Below, one piece after another: positions 10,795 through 20,544 of a DNA stretch of 64,000 nt. The position numbers and the translations under genes are program-made. The first letter of the stretch is position 1. Each line of letters begins with the position of its first letter. Location: positions 15,507 through 79,506 of IMG/VR virus record IMGVR_UViG_3300043331_000919; one strand, written 5' to 3'. The notes beneath the pieces are model-generated. The model saw nothing but the letters and a program-made list of their open reading frames with translations, had not been told where the DNA came from and did not search any database. Source of the stretch: a virus.

Positions 10795-12998
10795 GGGTGA
10801 TCACGCCGGAGACCGACGAGGCATGGCGTAGCGAAGTCAAGGCCGGCCCGACTCGACCGGTCGTCCGGGCTACCGTGCAGAAGGCTCACATGCGGACCTA
10901 TCCCTACAACACGGAGAACGCGCCGGGCGCGGACTACGACCACGAGCGGCCTCGGCGTGGGCACTTCGCAAACCTGCTGTTCGGCGGCGAGGAGGCCATC
11001 CGGGAGATCCGCGGCCTGCGTCGCTGCAGCTGGAGCCGCTCGGTGGACCAGGATGTTGCCGAGTGCACGCTGACCGTACTTAATAGCGAGCTGGTCTCGA
11101 TCGGCGATCTGGACGAGTCTGACGACTTCGAGTTGCCTGGCTACTTCACCTTCTCCCGCGGCACTACGCTGCCCTCGGAGAACCGCTGGGGGTTCACCTC
11201 CGAGACCGGCTGGAATGACGTCCTCGCCCCGGATCGACTGGTCCGGACGTACGAGGGCTACGGCAGCGACATGGACGTGGCGCCGGGCGACGACCCGAAC
11301 CTCTACATCAGTGGCACCTGGCTGATCGACGAGGTGTCGTATGCCAGCAACGGCGACATCGAGATCCAGATGCGTGACCTGGGCCGACTGCTGGTGGACG
11401 CGATTGCCTTCCCTCCGATCGTGCCTCGCGACGATTATCCGATGACGTGGTCTCGGATTCGCACCGAACAGGTCGAGGGTCGAGATGCCACCGGCGGCGA
11501 CTGGGGCGTGCCCAAGTCCACCGTGCAGACGTCGAACGACTACTACGTGGGTGCCGGCATTCAGGACACCCCGAAGTACGTGCAGGCGAGCGGCGTCGTC
11601 ATGGGCCACAAGCCGAGGGATCCACTTCGTGATGACGAGGAGGATGAGCGCAAGTACTGGCTCAGCACCGGCCAGGAGTCCCCGGACAGCATGGTCTGGT
11701 GGCAGCAGACTTTCGACAACCCCGAGGGACTCGCGGCGATCCGGTTCCGCACCTCGGGCGGTCCGTTCAAGGTCTATGTCTCGGTACAGCGGGACGACGG
11801 GAAGTGGTACGGCAAGAAGAAGATCCCCTACAAGGTGACCACCGAGGGCATCGACATCGAGGCCAAGATCCCCTTCGTGCAGAGCCTCACTGCCGAGCGC
11901 GGCCGACTGTTCGACCTGGTGCTGCGGCGGAAGTACGCCAACGTCAAGCGGATCCGCCTCACTTTCACGCACCTTCGTCGGATGTGGCCGGGCGGCACCT
12001 ACCGGTGGCGTGCCGGGTTGCACCGCGTCCGGGTCTACACCGGCCCATTCAACGCTCTCGACTTCGCACCCGGCACCAAGCTGAAGGCGGTCGGCAACTA
12101 CCGCGACTTCAGCGACATCGTGAGGTGGTGTGCCGCCTGGGCTGGCTTCTGGTGGCCCGAGTCGAACAGCATCGACTGGATGCGCTTCTCCACCGACGGA
12201 CCCAAGGAGCACTACACCTACCCGATCAACGACGCGGCGTTGCCGCGGGGACGCGTGTGGGGCACCTTCCAGAACACCGGCACCGGTGGTGAGGCGGACC
12301 TTACGGCTGAACAGTTCGACAAGCAGCCGCTGCTGAGCATGATCCAGCACGTCAAGGACATCGTCGGCTTCAACTTCTGGATCGACGAGGCTGGCGGCGT
12401 TGTGTGGCGCATGCCCAACCTTTACGAGGCCGGGAACTATGTCACTCGGGACCACAAGAGTTCGCGGTTCCAGCCGCCGCGTACCACTGACTTTGTCACT
12501 ATCGACGAGGAGGAGACGCTCCTCGACTACTCGACCCGAGTGTCCAGCCGCAACCTGCGCGAGCGCATCTTCGTCTCGGACGCGATGGGCAAGCATGGCG
12601 CCGTCGTGAAGGGCTACACCCCGTACAGAACTGGCCTGCGCCGCATCGCCGGCTGGTCGGACCAGCACTTCCGCGGCAACCGGGAGTGTCGCGTGGCTGC
12701 CGACATGATCGCCGCCCGGCAGATGTTCGACTTCCGGCGCTCCCGGGTCTCCATCTGGGGGAACCCCGCGATCCAGGTTGACGACCAGATCAGGATCTTC
12801 GAGCGCGTCACCAATGAGACGTACTTCCACTACGTGCTGGGCGTCTCCTCCGATCTCGACATGGATCAGGGCACCTGGTCGTACGCCCTGGAGACGCATT
12901 GGCTGGGCGAGCGCCGCTCCGACGCCTGGGTGATCGACCCTGAGGTGCTCGACGGGGCCACGCAGAGCTACTTGAACCTGTTGGGGTCGGTGGACTGA
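10791..12998 (+). CDS. Minor tail protein (tail tip hub-like)
   Basis: 735 aa; C-terminal GNPAIQVDDQIRI typical of hub/Tal proteins; synteny. Confidence 0.7.
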   Translation: MRVITPETDEAWRSEVKAGPTRPVVRATVQKAHMRTYPYNTENAPGADYDHERPRRGHFANLLFGGEEAIREIRGLRRCSWSRSVDQDVAECTLTVLNSELVSIGDLDESDDFELPGYFTFSRGTTLPSENRWGFTSETGWNDVLAPDRLVRTYEGYGSDMDVAPGDDPNLYISGTWLIDEVSYASNGDIEIQMRDLGRLLVDAIAFPPIVPRDDYPMTWSRIRTEQVEGRDATGGDWGVPKSTVQTSNDYYVGAGIQDTPKYVQASGVVMGHKPRDPLRDDEEDERKYWLSTGQESPDSMVWWQQTFDNPEGLAAIRFRTSGGPFKVYVSVQRDDGKWYGKKKIPYKVTTEGIDIEAKIPFVQSLTAERGRLFDLVLRRKYANVKRIRLTFTHLRRMWPGGTYRWRAGLHRVRVYTGPFNALDFAPGTKLKAVGNYRDFSDIVRWCAAWAGFWWPESNSIDWMRFSTDGPKEHYTYPINDAALPRGRVWGTFQNTGTGGEADLTAEQFDKQPLLSMIQHVKDIVGFNFWIDEAGGVVWRMPNLYEAGNYVTRDHKSSRFQPPRTTDFVTIDEEETLLDYSTRVSSRNLRERIFVSDAMGKHGAVVKGYTPYRTGLRRIAGWSDQHFRGNRECRVAADMIAARQMFDFRRSRVSIWGNPAIQVDDQIRIFERVTNETYFHYVLGVSSDLDMDQGTWSYALETHWLGERRSDAWVIDPEVLDGATQSYLNLLGSVD

Positions 12999-13429
12999 TG
13001 GAGTTCAACGCGCTGCAGCGCCGCGAGGAGGAGCTCGCTCGTCACCGAGAGAACGCCGGGCGACTGGCGGTCTGCCAGAAGGAGTGGGTCACGACCGGCC
13101 AGGGCGTCGTCGAGGTGGAAGATCGCTTCGACTTCGGCCTGATCTTCGTCGATAAGCCGTTCCCCTCCTTCGGTTGCGAGATCGACCCTGACGATGTTCG
13201 CGATGTGCTCGCCCTGGAGCCTGACGTCACGCCGCCGGTGCTCCCGCAGGTCACGGTCTACGTCAGCGAGTGGGACCGGGACGAACGAGGTCACTATGTC
13301 GGCTGCTGGGTCAGTATTGCCGTGCTCTACCCCGCGCCGATCCCGGTCGATGCGCAAATCGCAGTGCGACACGGCCTCCAGCTGCAGGGTCTCGCACTGA
13401 AGGAGATCCCGGTCCACGAGGACGACTGA
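12998..13429 (+). CDS. Hypothetical (minor tail) protein
   Basis: TGATG coupling. Confidence 0.55.
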   Translation: MEFNALQRREEELARHRENAGRLAVCQKEWVTTGQGVVEVEDRFDFGLIFVDKPFPSFGCEIDPDDVRDVLALEPDVTPPVLPQVTVYVSEWDRDERGHYVGCWVSIAVLYPAPIPVDAQIAVRHGLQLQGLALKEIPVHEDD

Positions 13430-13471
13430 GCCGAAGTACACCGGTGAGAGCCGTCGCCAGGGGAGGTGGAC

Positions 13472-13933
13472 ATGAGACTGGATCGCACCCACGTCACTCG
13501 GGCTTCGCGAGTGATGCTGCCGACGTACGTCGTCTTCAGCATCGCCCTCGGAGAAGCGTGGATCCTGCAGGACCCCTCGCGCCACTCCTACGCCCTGCAG
13601 CAGCTCGACCAGGTGTGGCCCCTCGCGGGAACGGGCGTTCTACTCATCGCGCTGGGGTCCTGGCTGGCATGCGGCCTCCTGGTCCACTCTCGCGTCGTCG
13701 CCGCCACCGCGCTGGCGACCGGGGCCGTGGCCTACTTCCTGCTCGGCGTCATCTTCGTCTACGACGCCGGCTACCAGCCGACCGACACCTTCCCCTTCTT
13801 CCGTGCGGGCGTTCCCGAGGCGTCACTCTCCGCGCCGTTCTGGCCATGGTTCGTCATGGTCGCCCATCTCGCCAGCCTGCTCTCCCTCACTCGGGACGAG
13901 GTCGGCGACTTCCGCGAGAGGAGCCGGCGATGA
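13472..13933 (+). CDS. Membrane protein (4 predicted TM), holin candidate
   Basis: Four hydrophobic segments; RBS GGGAGGTG. Confidence 0.6.
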   Translation: MRLDRTHVTRASRVMLPTYVVFSIALGEAWILQDPSRHSYALQQLDQVWPLAGTGVLLIALGSWLACGLLVHSRVVAATALATGAVAYFLLGVIFVYDAGYQPTDTFPFFRAGVPEASLSAPFWPWFVMVAHLASLLSLTRDEVGDFRERSRR

Positions 13934-14304
13934 TCTCGCAGGCCATCGACCTCAGCCCCCTCCAGGCCGCGATCGCAGTGATCCTCGGCCTGGCCACGCT
14001 TGCCACCATCGGGGGTGGCTTGTACGCCGTCTTCCGCTCGGCCGCGCAGGACTCCCGCATCAAGCGGCTGCAGGACGAGCGAGACGACTACCTGTCGAGG
14101 CTCAACTACGTCGAGCCTCGACTCGTCAGGGCCGAGGAGCAGAATGAGATGCTTCGCGAGCTGCACAATCCCACGCAACACCTCGTGGATCTGAAGGGGC
14201 AGGAGCAGCGCAACCACGACGAGATCGTCAAGATCCTTGACGACCAGACGCGCACGCTCCGTGACGCCATCAGCCACAGCCACCCTCCCGATAGGACGAG
14301 CTGA
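13930..14304 (+). CDS. Membrane protein (1 TM plus coiled coil), lysis-cassette-like
   Basis: ATGA overlap; AAIAVILGLATLATIGGGLYAVF followed by a coiled coil. Confidence 0.6.
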   Translation: MISQAIDLSPLQAAIAVILGLATLATIGGGLYAVFRSAAQDSRIKRLQDERDDYLSRLNYVEPRLVRAEEQNEMLRELHNPTQHLVDLKGQEQRNHDEIVKILDDQTRTLRDAISHSHPPDRTS

Positions 14305-14741
14305 TGATCGACTACCCCCCCAACATGGAGCGTGAGTGGAGCGAGGAGGACGAGGCGACCTACCGTCGCGCCCTCTGGCTGAAGCGTGCCGTGGTGTTCT
14401 TGTGCGGCACCGTGGCGCTACTCAGCGTCGCCGTGGCCACAATCGTGACGGTCTCCATCCGGCTCGACCAGCTGGACAACACCGCGGCCATCGAGGCGTC
14501 GACCGTAGCGGCGGAGAACGCCAGGAAGACCGTCGAGCGCATCGAGGACTGCACCACCCCGGGGCAGAAGTGCTTCGAGGACGGGCAGCGCCGCGCCGGC
14601 GTCCTGGTGCAGAACCTCAGCGACGTGATCATCCTCGCCTCGGCCTGCGCCTCGAAGCCGTACGAGCAGACGCCAGCCCAGATCGAGGTCTGCGTGCGCC
14701 AGAAGCTGGCCGCTCAGATCGCGGCCCAGAAGCAGCGCTGA
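14304..14741 (+). CDS. Membrane protein (1 TM, Cys-containing external domain)
   Basis: AVVFLCGTVALLSVAVATIVTVSI; DCTTPGQKC. Confidence 0.6.
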   Translation: MIDYPPNMEREWSEEDEATYRRALWLKRAVVFLCGTVALLSVAVATIVTVSIRLDQLDNTAAIEASTVAAENARKTVERIEDCTTPGQKCFEDGQRRAGVLVQNLSDVIILASACASKPYEQTPAQIEVCVRQKLAAQIAAQKQR

Positions 14742-14917
14742 CTCACCTGGGTGGACTAGGTCACCGGGACCATCGGGACCAGTTCCGGCCTCAACGGGCG
14801 TTCGCTCAACGACACGCCGAAAGGTCTTGAATCCGCCGGGTGACATGCGTGTAACGTCCCGTCTGCCGAACTGAGAACAGCGAATCTCAGTCACACCATC
14901 TCAGCAGCGGGGGATCA

Positions 14918-15118
14918 GTGAAGTATCTCGGGGACCGGACCGGGCATTACGACCACGGCCGGGGCACCGGCCTTGTGGGCAAGGTCGTCGGGCCGAACGT
15001 CAACGGCCAGTGGTTCGTCGTTGTCGGCGCCTCCTACGACGATGAGACCGACACGACGCACGTCGAGGTGGAGCCGATCCTCGACCCCGCCACCATGCTC
15101 GACAGGAAGGCCCAGTGA
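14918..15118 (+). CDS. Hypothetical protein
   Basis: GTG start; GTGA overlap with the next gene. Confidence 0.5.
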   Translation: MKYLGDRTGHYDHGRGTGLVGKVVGPNVNGQWFVVVGASYDDETDTTHVEVEPILDPATMLDRKAQ

Positions 15119-16125
15119 CCTTGCAGCAGCTCGACGTCGACCTCGACTACGCCGAGGGGAACTACCTGAAGCCCAACGGGCTCGGTGGCTACATCATCAG
15201 CGTCTCGGCCCTCCAGTCCTGGTCCCGCTGCCAGCTGCAGCGCTTCTACGAGCTCCGGGCCCGCCACGACCCCGAGGCGCCACAGGGGGACGTCCTGTCC
15301 GCCAGCGCCTACGGCAACGTCGTGCACTACGCCCTGCAGGCCATGGAGCTCGCCATGCACGAGGGCCGCGAGGACGCGCTGGAGGTCGGCCTGCGGACCT
15401 TCGAGCACTACTGGCACCCCGACAACATCACCGCGGTCACCCCGCGGATCACCGAGTGGCTCCCGCGGCAGACCTACGGCGGTCTCCGCGAGCGGGGCCG
15501 GCTCACCATCCGCGACCACCACTCGATGCTCCAGAGCGACAAGTCCTACGTGCTCGGCCTGGAGTACCCGTTCGCGGTCCCGATCGAGATCCGCGGCCGG
15601 GTGCACACCCTCCACGGCTTCGTCGACCGGCTCGCGATCCGGCAGCACTACCGCAAGCCCTACGTCAGCCTCGACGACAACAAGACCGGCAAGCAGCCGA
15701 CCTTCCTGCGCTACCACATGCAGGGCACCGTCTACGGCTACGCCAGCACGCTCCCGGAGTTCTGGTGCGGCTGGCCCGAGTCCGGGCTCGGGGAGATGGA
15801 GCACTTCGACGAGGCCGAGGTCGAGCGGCTGGAGAAGCTGTTCGCCAGCTGGGACTTCCGACTCCACCGCGGCCTCCCCGGCGACGAGCCGCTCGCCTCG
15901 CGACGGTTCCGCTGGATCAACCTGCAGGAGATCAAGTTCGCCGACGGCGGCTGGCGCACCGAGCAGGACTACGCCCGCATGTTCCTCGGCGTCGACGCCT
16001 ACGTCCGGTCCAGCGAGGCCGGCATCTACTCCGTGAACACCACCGGCGAGGTCTGCCGCTACTGCTCGTTCCGCAAGGACTGTGGCGGCGTCGGCCTCCC
16101 CCACGAGACGGCGGGAGCCCCCTGA
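15115..16125 (+). CDS. Cas4/AddB-like PD-(D/E)xK exonuclease
   Basis: HGFVDRL...DDNKTG nuclease motifs; N-terminal Cys plus C-terminal CRYCSFRKDC Fe-S staple. Confidence 0.85.
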   Translation: MTLQQLDVDLDYAEGNYLKPNGLGGYIISVSALQSWSRCQLQRFYELRARHDPEAPQGDVLSASAYGNVVHYALQAMELAMHEGREDALEVGLRTFEHYWHPDNITAVTPRITEWLPRQTYGGLRERGRLTIRDHHSMLQSDKSYVLGLEYPFAVPIEIRGRVHTLHGFVDRLAIRQHYRKPYVSLDDNKTGKQPTFLRYHMQGTVYGYASTLPEFWCGWPESGLGEMEHFDEAEVERLEKLFASWDFRLHRGLPGDEPLASRRFRWINLQEIKFADGGWRTEQDYARMFLGVDAYVRSSEAGIYSVNTTGEVCRYCSFRKDCGGVGLPHETAGAP

Positions 16126-16128
16126 GCC

Positions 16129-16449
16129 ATGTACCACGGACAGCAGCCTGAGCACGTCGACGTCGACGTCTACCTCCTCGTCGAGCCCCGCTGGGCCGAC
16201 ACCCGCTACTCCCGGGGCAGCGACGCCCAGGGGCGGCCAGTCCTCGAAGGGGGCAAGGTCGTCAAGGCCACACAGAGTCGCCCCACCGTAGGGAAGGCCG
16301 GTGGGGTGATCGCCAAGGTCACCATGCGCATCGACGCCGGATGCTTCCTCCCGCTGCAGCCGGAGGCCGTCATCCACATCCACCCGGGCAACGCCGAGAC
16401 CATCGAGGTCGAGGCCATCGACCCCCGCATCGACGAGCCGGAGGTGTAG
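16129..16449 (+). CDS. Hypothetical protein
   Basis: 106-aa ORF with coding-like composition. Confidence 0.6.
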   Translation: MYHGQQPEHVDVDVYLLVEPRWADTRYSRGSDAQGRPVLEGGKVVKATQSRPTVGKAGGVIAKVTMRIDAGCFLPLQPEAVIHIHPGNAETIEVEAIDPRIDEPEV

Positions 16450-16454
16450 GCGGC

Positions 16455-17498
16455 GTGGATCTCTCCTCTCGGGACGTGGCTGAGTCATGGCTCGACGCTC
16501 CCGTCGCAACGGGCGTTGTCGACCTGCAGTCGACCGGTCTCGTCGCCACCGATCAGGACGTCGCGAGGCTCTCGCGGCCCCAGCGCGAGGACCGCGTCAC
16601 GCGCCTGCTGGAGGTCAGCCACCAGCTGGTCGACTACGCGATCCGGGAGCACATCACCGACGCCGGCAAGACCCACGTCGGCACCGCGGTGCTCTACTCC
16701 GGCGGCAACGACTCCACGACCCTCGCCCACATTTTCCGGCAGCGCGCCACCCACGCGATCCACGCCAACACCGGCATCGGCGTCGAGGCCACCCGCGAGT
16801 TCGTCCGCGAGACCTGCGACCTGTGGGGTCTGCCGCTGATCGAGAAGCACCCGCCGACGTCGTTCCGCGACCTCGTGCTCGACCAGGGCTTCCCCGGTCC
16901 GGCGCACCACTACAAGATGTACCAGCGCCTGAAGGAGCGGTGCCTCCGTCAGGCCCGCCGCGACCTGGTTGCGAACGGTCGGAAGCAGCGGGTCGTGTTC
17001 CTCGCTGGCCGCCGACGGGAGGAGTCCGCCCGGCGCGCCAGCGTCCCCGAGATGGAGCGCGACGGCGCTGTCGTCTGGGTCTCGCCGCTGGTGCTGTGGA
17101 CCAAGCTCGACCTGAACACCTACCGCCTGATGATGCAGGCCGTCGGTGACGACGTGCCGCGCAACAAGGTCTCCGACCTGATCCACATGAGCGGCGAGTG
17201 CCTGTGCGGCTCGTTCGCTCACGCCGGAGAGCTGGAGGAGATCGGTGAGTGGTTCCCGGAGGTTCGCGCGGAGATCGAGGCGCTGGAGGCCGAGGTGCTC
17301 GCCACCGGCAAGCATCCGGAGTGGCGCTGTCGCTGGGGCTGGGGCGCCGACAAGGACGTCATCCAGAAGCTGCGCAAGCAGGGCATGCCGGACGCCGAGA
17401 TCGCGGCGCTGTTCGAGCGCTCCACGTCGGGCCCGCTCTGCTCGTCCTGCGACTCCCGGGCGGACGGCGGCACGGTGATCTCGGGAGGGGGCTCCTGA
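16455..17498 (+). CDS. PAPS reductase-family (PP-loop) protein 1, N-terminal tag
   Basis: YSGGNDS PP-loop, HANTGIG, GRRREES, SGECLCG; begins DLSSRDVAESWLDA. Confidence 0.8.
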   Translation: MDLSSRDVAESWLDAPVATGVVDLQSTGLVATDQDVARLSRPQREDRVTRLLEVSHQLVDYAIREHITDAGKTHVGTAVLYSGGNDSTTLAHIFRQRATHAIHANTGIGVEATREFVRETCDLWGLPLIEKHPPTSFRDLVLDQGFPGPAHHYKMYQRLKERCLRQARRDLVANGRKQRVVFLAGRRREESARRASVPEMERDGAVVWVSPLVLWTKLDLNTYRLMMQAVGDDVPRNKVSDLIHMSGECLCGSFAHAGELEEIGEWFPEVRAEIEALEAEVLATGKHPEWRCRWGWGADKDVIQKLRKQGMPDAEIAALFERSTSGPLCSSCDSRADGGTVISGGGS

Positions 17499-18361
17499 TG
17501 GTGGACCTGACCTCTCGGGCCGCGGTCGAGTCATGGCTCGATCACCCCTCGCCAACGGTCGTTGTCATGTACTCGGGCGGCAAGGGCTCCTGGGCCGCTG
17601 CTCGCCACGTCCGCGACATCTGGGGCATCCCGGCCGACCAGATGAAGCTGCTGTTCACCGACACCAACGGCGAGGACCCCGACCTCTACCGGTTCCTGCA
17701 GGAGTCCGCTGACGACATCGGTGCCGAGCTGATCGTGCTCGACAACGACGGGCGGACGATCTGGGACGTCTTCCGCAAGCAGCGCATGATCGGCAACACC
17801 CGGCTCAGCGTCTGCTCGCGGGTGCTGAAGCAGGAGCCGGCCCGGCGGTGGCTCGAAGCCAACACCGACCCGGACCGCACCGGCGTGATCGTGGGCATCG
17901 ACTGGACCGAGACGCACCGACTGCCGGCGATCGAGCGGAACTACCTGCCGTGGACCGCGCTCGCGCCGCTCTGCGAGCCCGGAGCGTGGTCGAAGGACCG
18001 GATCTCCAAGGAACTCGCTGCCGTCGGCATCGCGGAGCCGCGGCTGTACGCCATGGGCTTCCCGCACAACAACTGCGCCGGCGCCTGCGTTCGCGGCGGG
18101 CAGGGCCAGTGGGCGCTGCTGCTCCAGCACAACCCCGAGCGGTACGCCCAGGAGGAGGCGGAGGAGAACCGGTTCCGCGAGGAGACCGGCAAGGACGTCG
18201 CGATCCTGCGAGATCGCCGCGGGGGCACCACCAAGCCCCTCACCCTCACTGCGCTGCGTAAGCGCATCGAGGGTGAGGGCGAGGTCGACATGGATGACCT
18301 CGGTGGTTGCGGGTGCATGACCGACCTCACGAGTGAGGAGCAGGCACGAGCCCCCGGATGA
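17498..18361 (+). CDS. PAPS reductase-family (PP-loop) protein 2, N-terminal tag
   Basis: YSGGKGS, FTDT, CSRVLKQ, PHNNCAGAC, GGCGC; begins MVDLTSRAAVESWLDH. Confidence 0.75.
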   Translation: MVDLTSRAAVESWLDHPSPTVVVMYSGGKGSWAAARHVRDIWGIPADQMKLLFTDTNGEDPDLYRFLQESADDIGAELIVLDNDGRTIWDVFRKQRMIGNTRLSVCSRVLKQEPARRWLEANTDPDRTGVIVGIDWTETHRLPAIERNYLPWTALAPLCEPGAWSKDRISKELAAVGIAEPRLYAMGFPHNNCAGACVRGGQGQWALLLQHNPERYAQEEAEENRFREETGKDVAILRDRRGGTTKPLTLTALRKRIEGEGEVDMDDLGGCGCMTDLTSEEQARAPG

Positions 18362-18468
18362 CCGCTGCATGAACGACGACGTTCCACGATCGTCACGCCC
18401 AGCACCAGACCTACCGACCGGTATACCCAACATTGGGTAGGCCGACACCCACCAGAGAGAAGGAACCA

Positions 18469-19977
18469 GTGGCCCCACTGCTGATCAAGACGACCGGGCT
18501 CGACGAGTACCTCGACCCGACCGGCGAGGCCTACATCAAGATGCTGCTGATGGGCGAGCCCGGGTCGGGGAAGACCCCCTCGGCCGCCTGCTGGCCGAAG
18601 CCGATCTTCGCTGACTGCGAGAACGGCCTGGCGTCGATCGCCCGACAGAAGGTGCCGTACGCCAGCATCCAGACCTCCCACGACATGGAGGCGTTCCTCG
18701 ACCACCTGCGCCGCGACAGCCTGATGCCGGCCGAGCGCCGCAAGTACAAGACGGTCGTGATCGACACCATCGACTCCTACCAGCGCAAGCTCATCGAGCA
18801 GCGCAAGCGGGAGGAGCGGAAGGACAGCATCAGCGGCTGGGCCGACTGGGGTTGGCTCGACGGCAAGATGGTCCAGCTCATCGAGGGCCTGATCAACCTC
18901 CGCATGAACGTCATCGTGAACATGCACGTCAAGGACTTCGAGGAGTCCGAGGGCGAGGGCGACAGCAAGAACACCACCCTGGTGAAGAAGGCCAAGCTGA
19001 AGGGCGACATCAAGGACTCGATCTGGCAGGACTTCGACCTCATTGGCCTGATGGAGAAGACCTACGTCGCTGAGAATGGCGAGCGGGTCCAGAAGCGCCA
19101 CATCCGCTGGCACTCCGAGCCGAAGTACCCGAACCTGCGGGACCGGTTCAACGTGCTCCCTCGCTTCACCGACGTCGACTTCACCGAGCGGGACTACCTG
19201 CAGATCTTCGAGGCGATCGCCAACAGCCTCGACGAGATCCCGGAGTCGGGCGTCGCCGAGGAGATCGAGACCCAGGAGGATCCCGAGCCGGCGCCCGCGG
19301 ACGCCAAGGGCGGTCCGGTCGACTCGCCGAAGCTCCCGCCCAAGAAGACCACGAAGAAGGCGGCTGCGAAGAAGGCGGCCCCGGCGAAGAAGCCGGAGCC
19401 CGAGCCGGAGCCCGAGAAGGCCCCGGAGCCGGCAACGCCCGTCGCCGAGGAGCCCGCGGGGCCGGCCAGGGCCGAGGAGGCGCCGACAACGGACGTTCCG
19501 ACCGAGGAGCCTGCGGCCCAGCCCGAGCCCACCGAGGACCCCGAGACGCTCCTCACGGAGCAGCTGGGCGCGGAGAAGATCGAGGAGCAGGTCAACGGCC
19601 GCGGGACCGCCGAGGAGCCCGTCACGCTCCCCGAGGGCCTGGCCATGGCCCAGGAGTCCAAGGCGCTGGAGGCCCTCGACCACGTCCACATGCCCGACGG
19701 CACCTGCCGGAAGAACACCTTCGGTGGGAAGTGCGGCACCGACGAGGGCAAGGTCACCGCCACTGCTCCGGCCAGCGACGAGGGCATGGCCGCTCCGGAG
19801 CGCAAGGCGGGAGCCAAGCACTGCGGTGACCAGCCCGCCACCATGGCCGGCAAGTACGCCCCGGCCCCGGGCTGCGGGGCCGAGCTCTCCGCGGCCAACG
19901 GCTCGCGAGCCCAGATCGCGATGCTCCGCCTGAAGACCTTCCTCTGCGACGACTGCCACGCGGCAGCGTCCGCCTGA
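18469..19977 (+). CDS. AAA ATPase (AAA_24/Sak4-like) with long low-complexity tail
   Basis: Walker A GEPGSGKT, Walker B VVIDT; Pro/Glu/Lys-rich linker and Cys-rich C-terminus. Confidence 0.8.
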   Translation: MAPLLIKTTGLDEYLDPTGEAYIKMLLMGEPGSGKTPSAACWPKPIFADCENGLASIARQKVPYASIQTSHDMEAFLDHLRRDSLMPAERRKYKTVVIDTIDSYQRKLIEQRKREERKDSISGWADWGWLDGKMVQLIEGLINLRMNVIVNMHVKDFEESEGEGDSKNTTLVKKAKLKGDIKDSIWQDFDLIGLMEKTYVAENGERVQKRHIRWHSEPKYPNLRDRFNVLPRFTDVDFTERDYLQIFEAIANSLDEIPESGVAEEIETQEDPEPAPADAKGGPVDSPKLPPKKTTKKAAAKKAAPAKKPEPEPEPEKAPEPATPVAEEPAGPARAEEAPTTDVPTEEPAAQPEPTEDPETLLTEQLGAEKIEEQVNGRGTAEEPVTLPEGLAMAQESKALEALDHVHMPDGTCRKNTFGGKCGTDEGKVTATAPASDEGMAAPERKAGAKHCGDQPATMAGKYAPAPGCGAELSAANGSRAQIAMLRLKTFLCDDCHAAASA

Positions 19978-20005
19978 CCCTCACCACCACCAAGAAAGGA
20001 ACACC

Positions 20006-20437
20006 ATGCCCAAGGACACCATGTCCCACGAGGACGAGTGGAAGCTCCCCAAGGACGTCCCGCTCCCCGCCGAGCTCACTGCTGTCAGCGTGCGCGAGAT
20101 CCCGTACGTGAAGGACGGGGAGAAGAAGACCTTCACCAAGTGGGAGTGGGAGTTCAAGATCACCGAGGGCGAGTACGCCGGCCTGCGGGCCTGGGGTGAC
20201 ACCGACCCGCGGCTGACCAACCACCCCGACAACAAGGTCCGGCAGTGGGCGGAGACGCTCCGCGGCCGGGAGTTCGAGATGGGTGAGGGGCTCGACACCG
20301 ACGACCTGCTCGGCCTGCCCTGCACGATCGTCGTGGACAACACGATCCACACGAAGAAGGCCACCGGCGAGAAGTCCTACATCTGCCCGGTGGTGGACGT
20401 CCTCCCGTCCGGCATCGACAGCGAGCCGCCCTTCTGA
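20006..20437 (+). CDS. ssDNA-binding protein-like
   Basis: Follows the Sak4-like ATPase; acidic C-terminal tail DSEPPF. Confidence 0.6.
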   Translation: MPKDTMSHEDEWKLPKDVPLPAELTAVSVREIPYVKDGEKKTFTKWEWEFKITEGEYAGLRAWGDTDPRLTNHPDNKVRQWAETLRGREFEMGEGLDTDDLLGLPCTIVVDNTIHTKKATGEKSYICPVVDVLPSGIDSEPPF

Positions 20438-20450
20438 TCGACCTCTCCTA

Positions 20451-20504
20451 GCGCTGCATGTGGCCGCCCCTCGGGGGGCTCCGGGTTCGACTCCCGGCAG
20501 CGCA
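20451..20504 (+). ncRNA. Truncated tRNA-like element
   Basis: GCGCTG/CAGCGC stem enclosing T-arm CCGGG-TTCGACT-CCCGG; no normal D or anticodon arm. Confidence 0.45.
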
Positions 20505-20544
20505 CAGCGTCAGCCATGCCTACTCACAGAAACGGGAACGTGCG

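Noticed and set aside
16455-18361. Complete Dnd/Ssp phosphorothioation system or sulfate assimilation pathway
   Set aside because: No DndA/D/E, SspB/C or other cys genes were seen; only the family-level call is supported.
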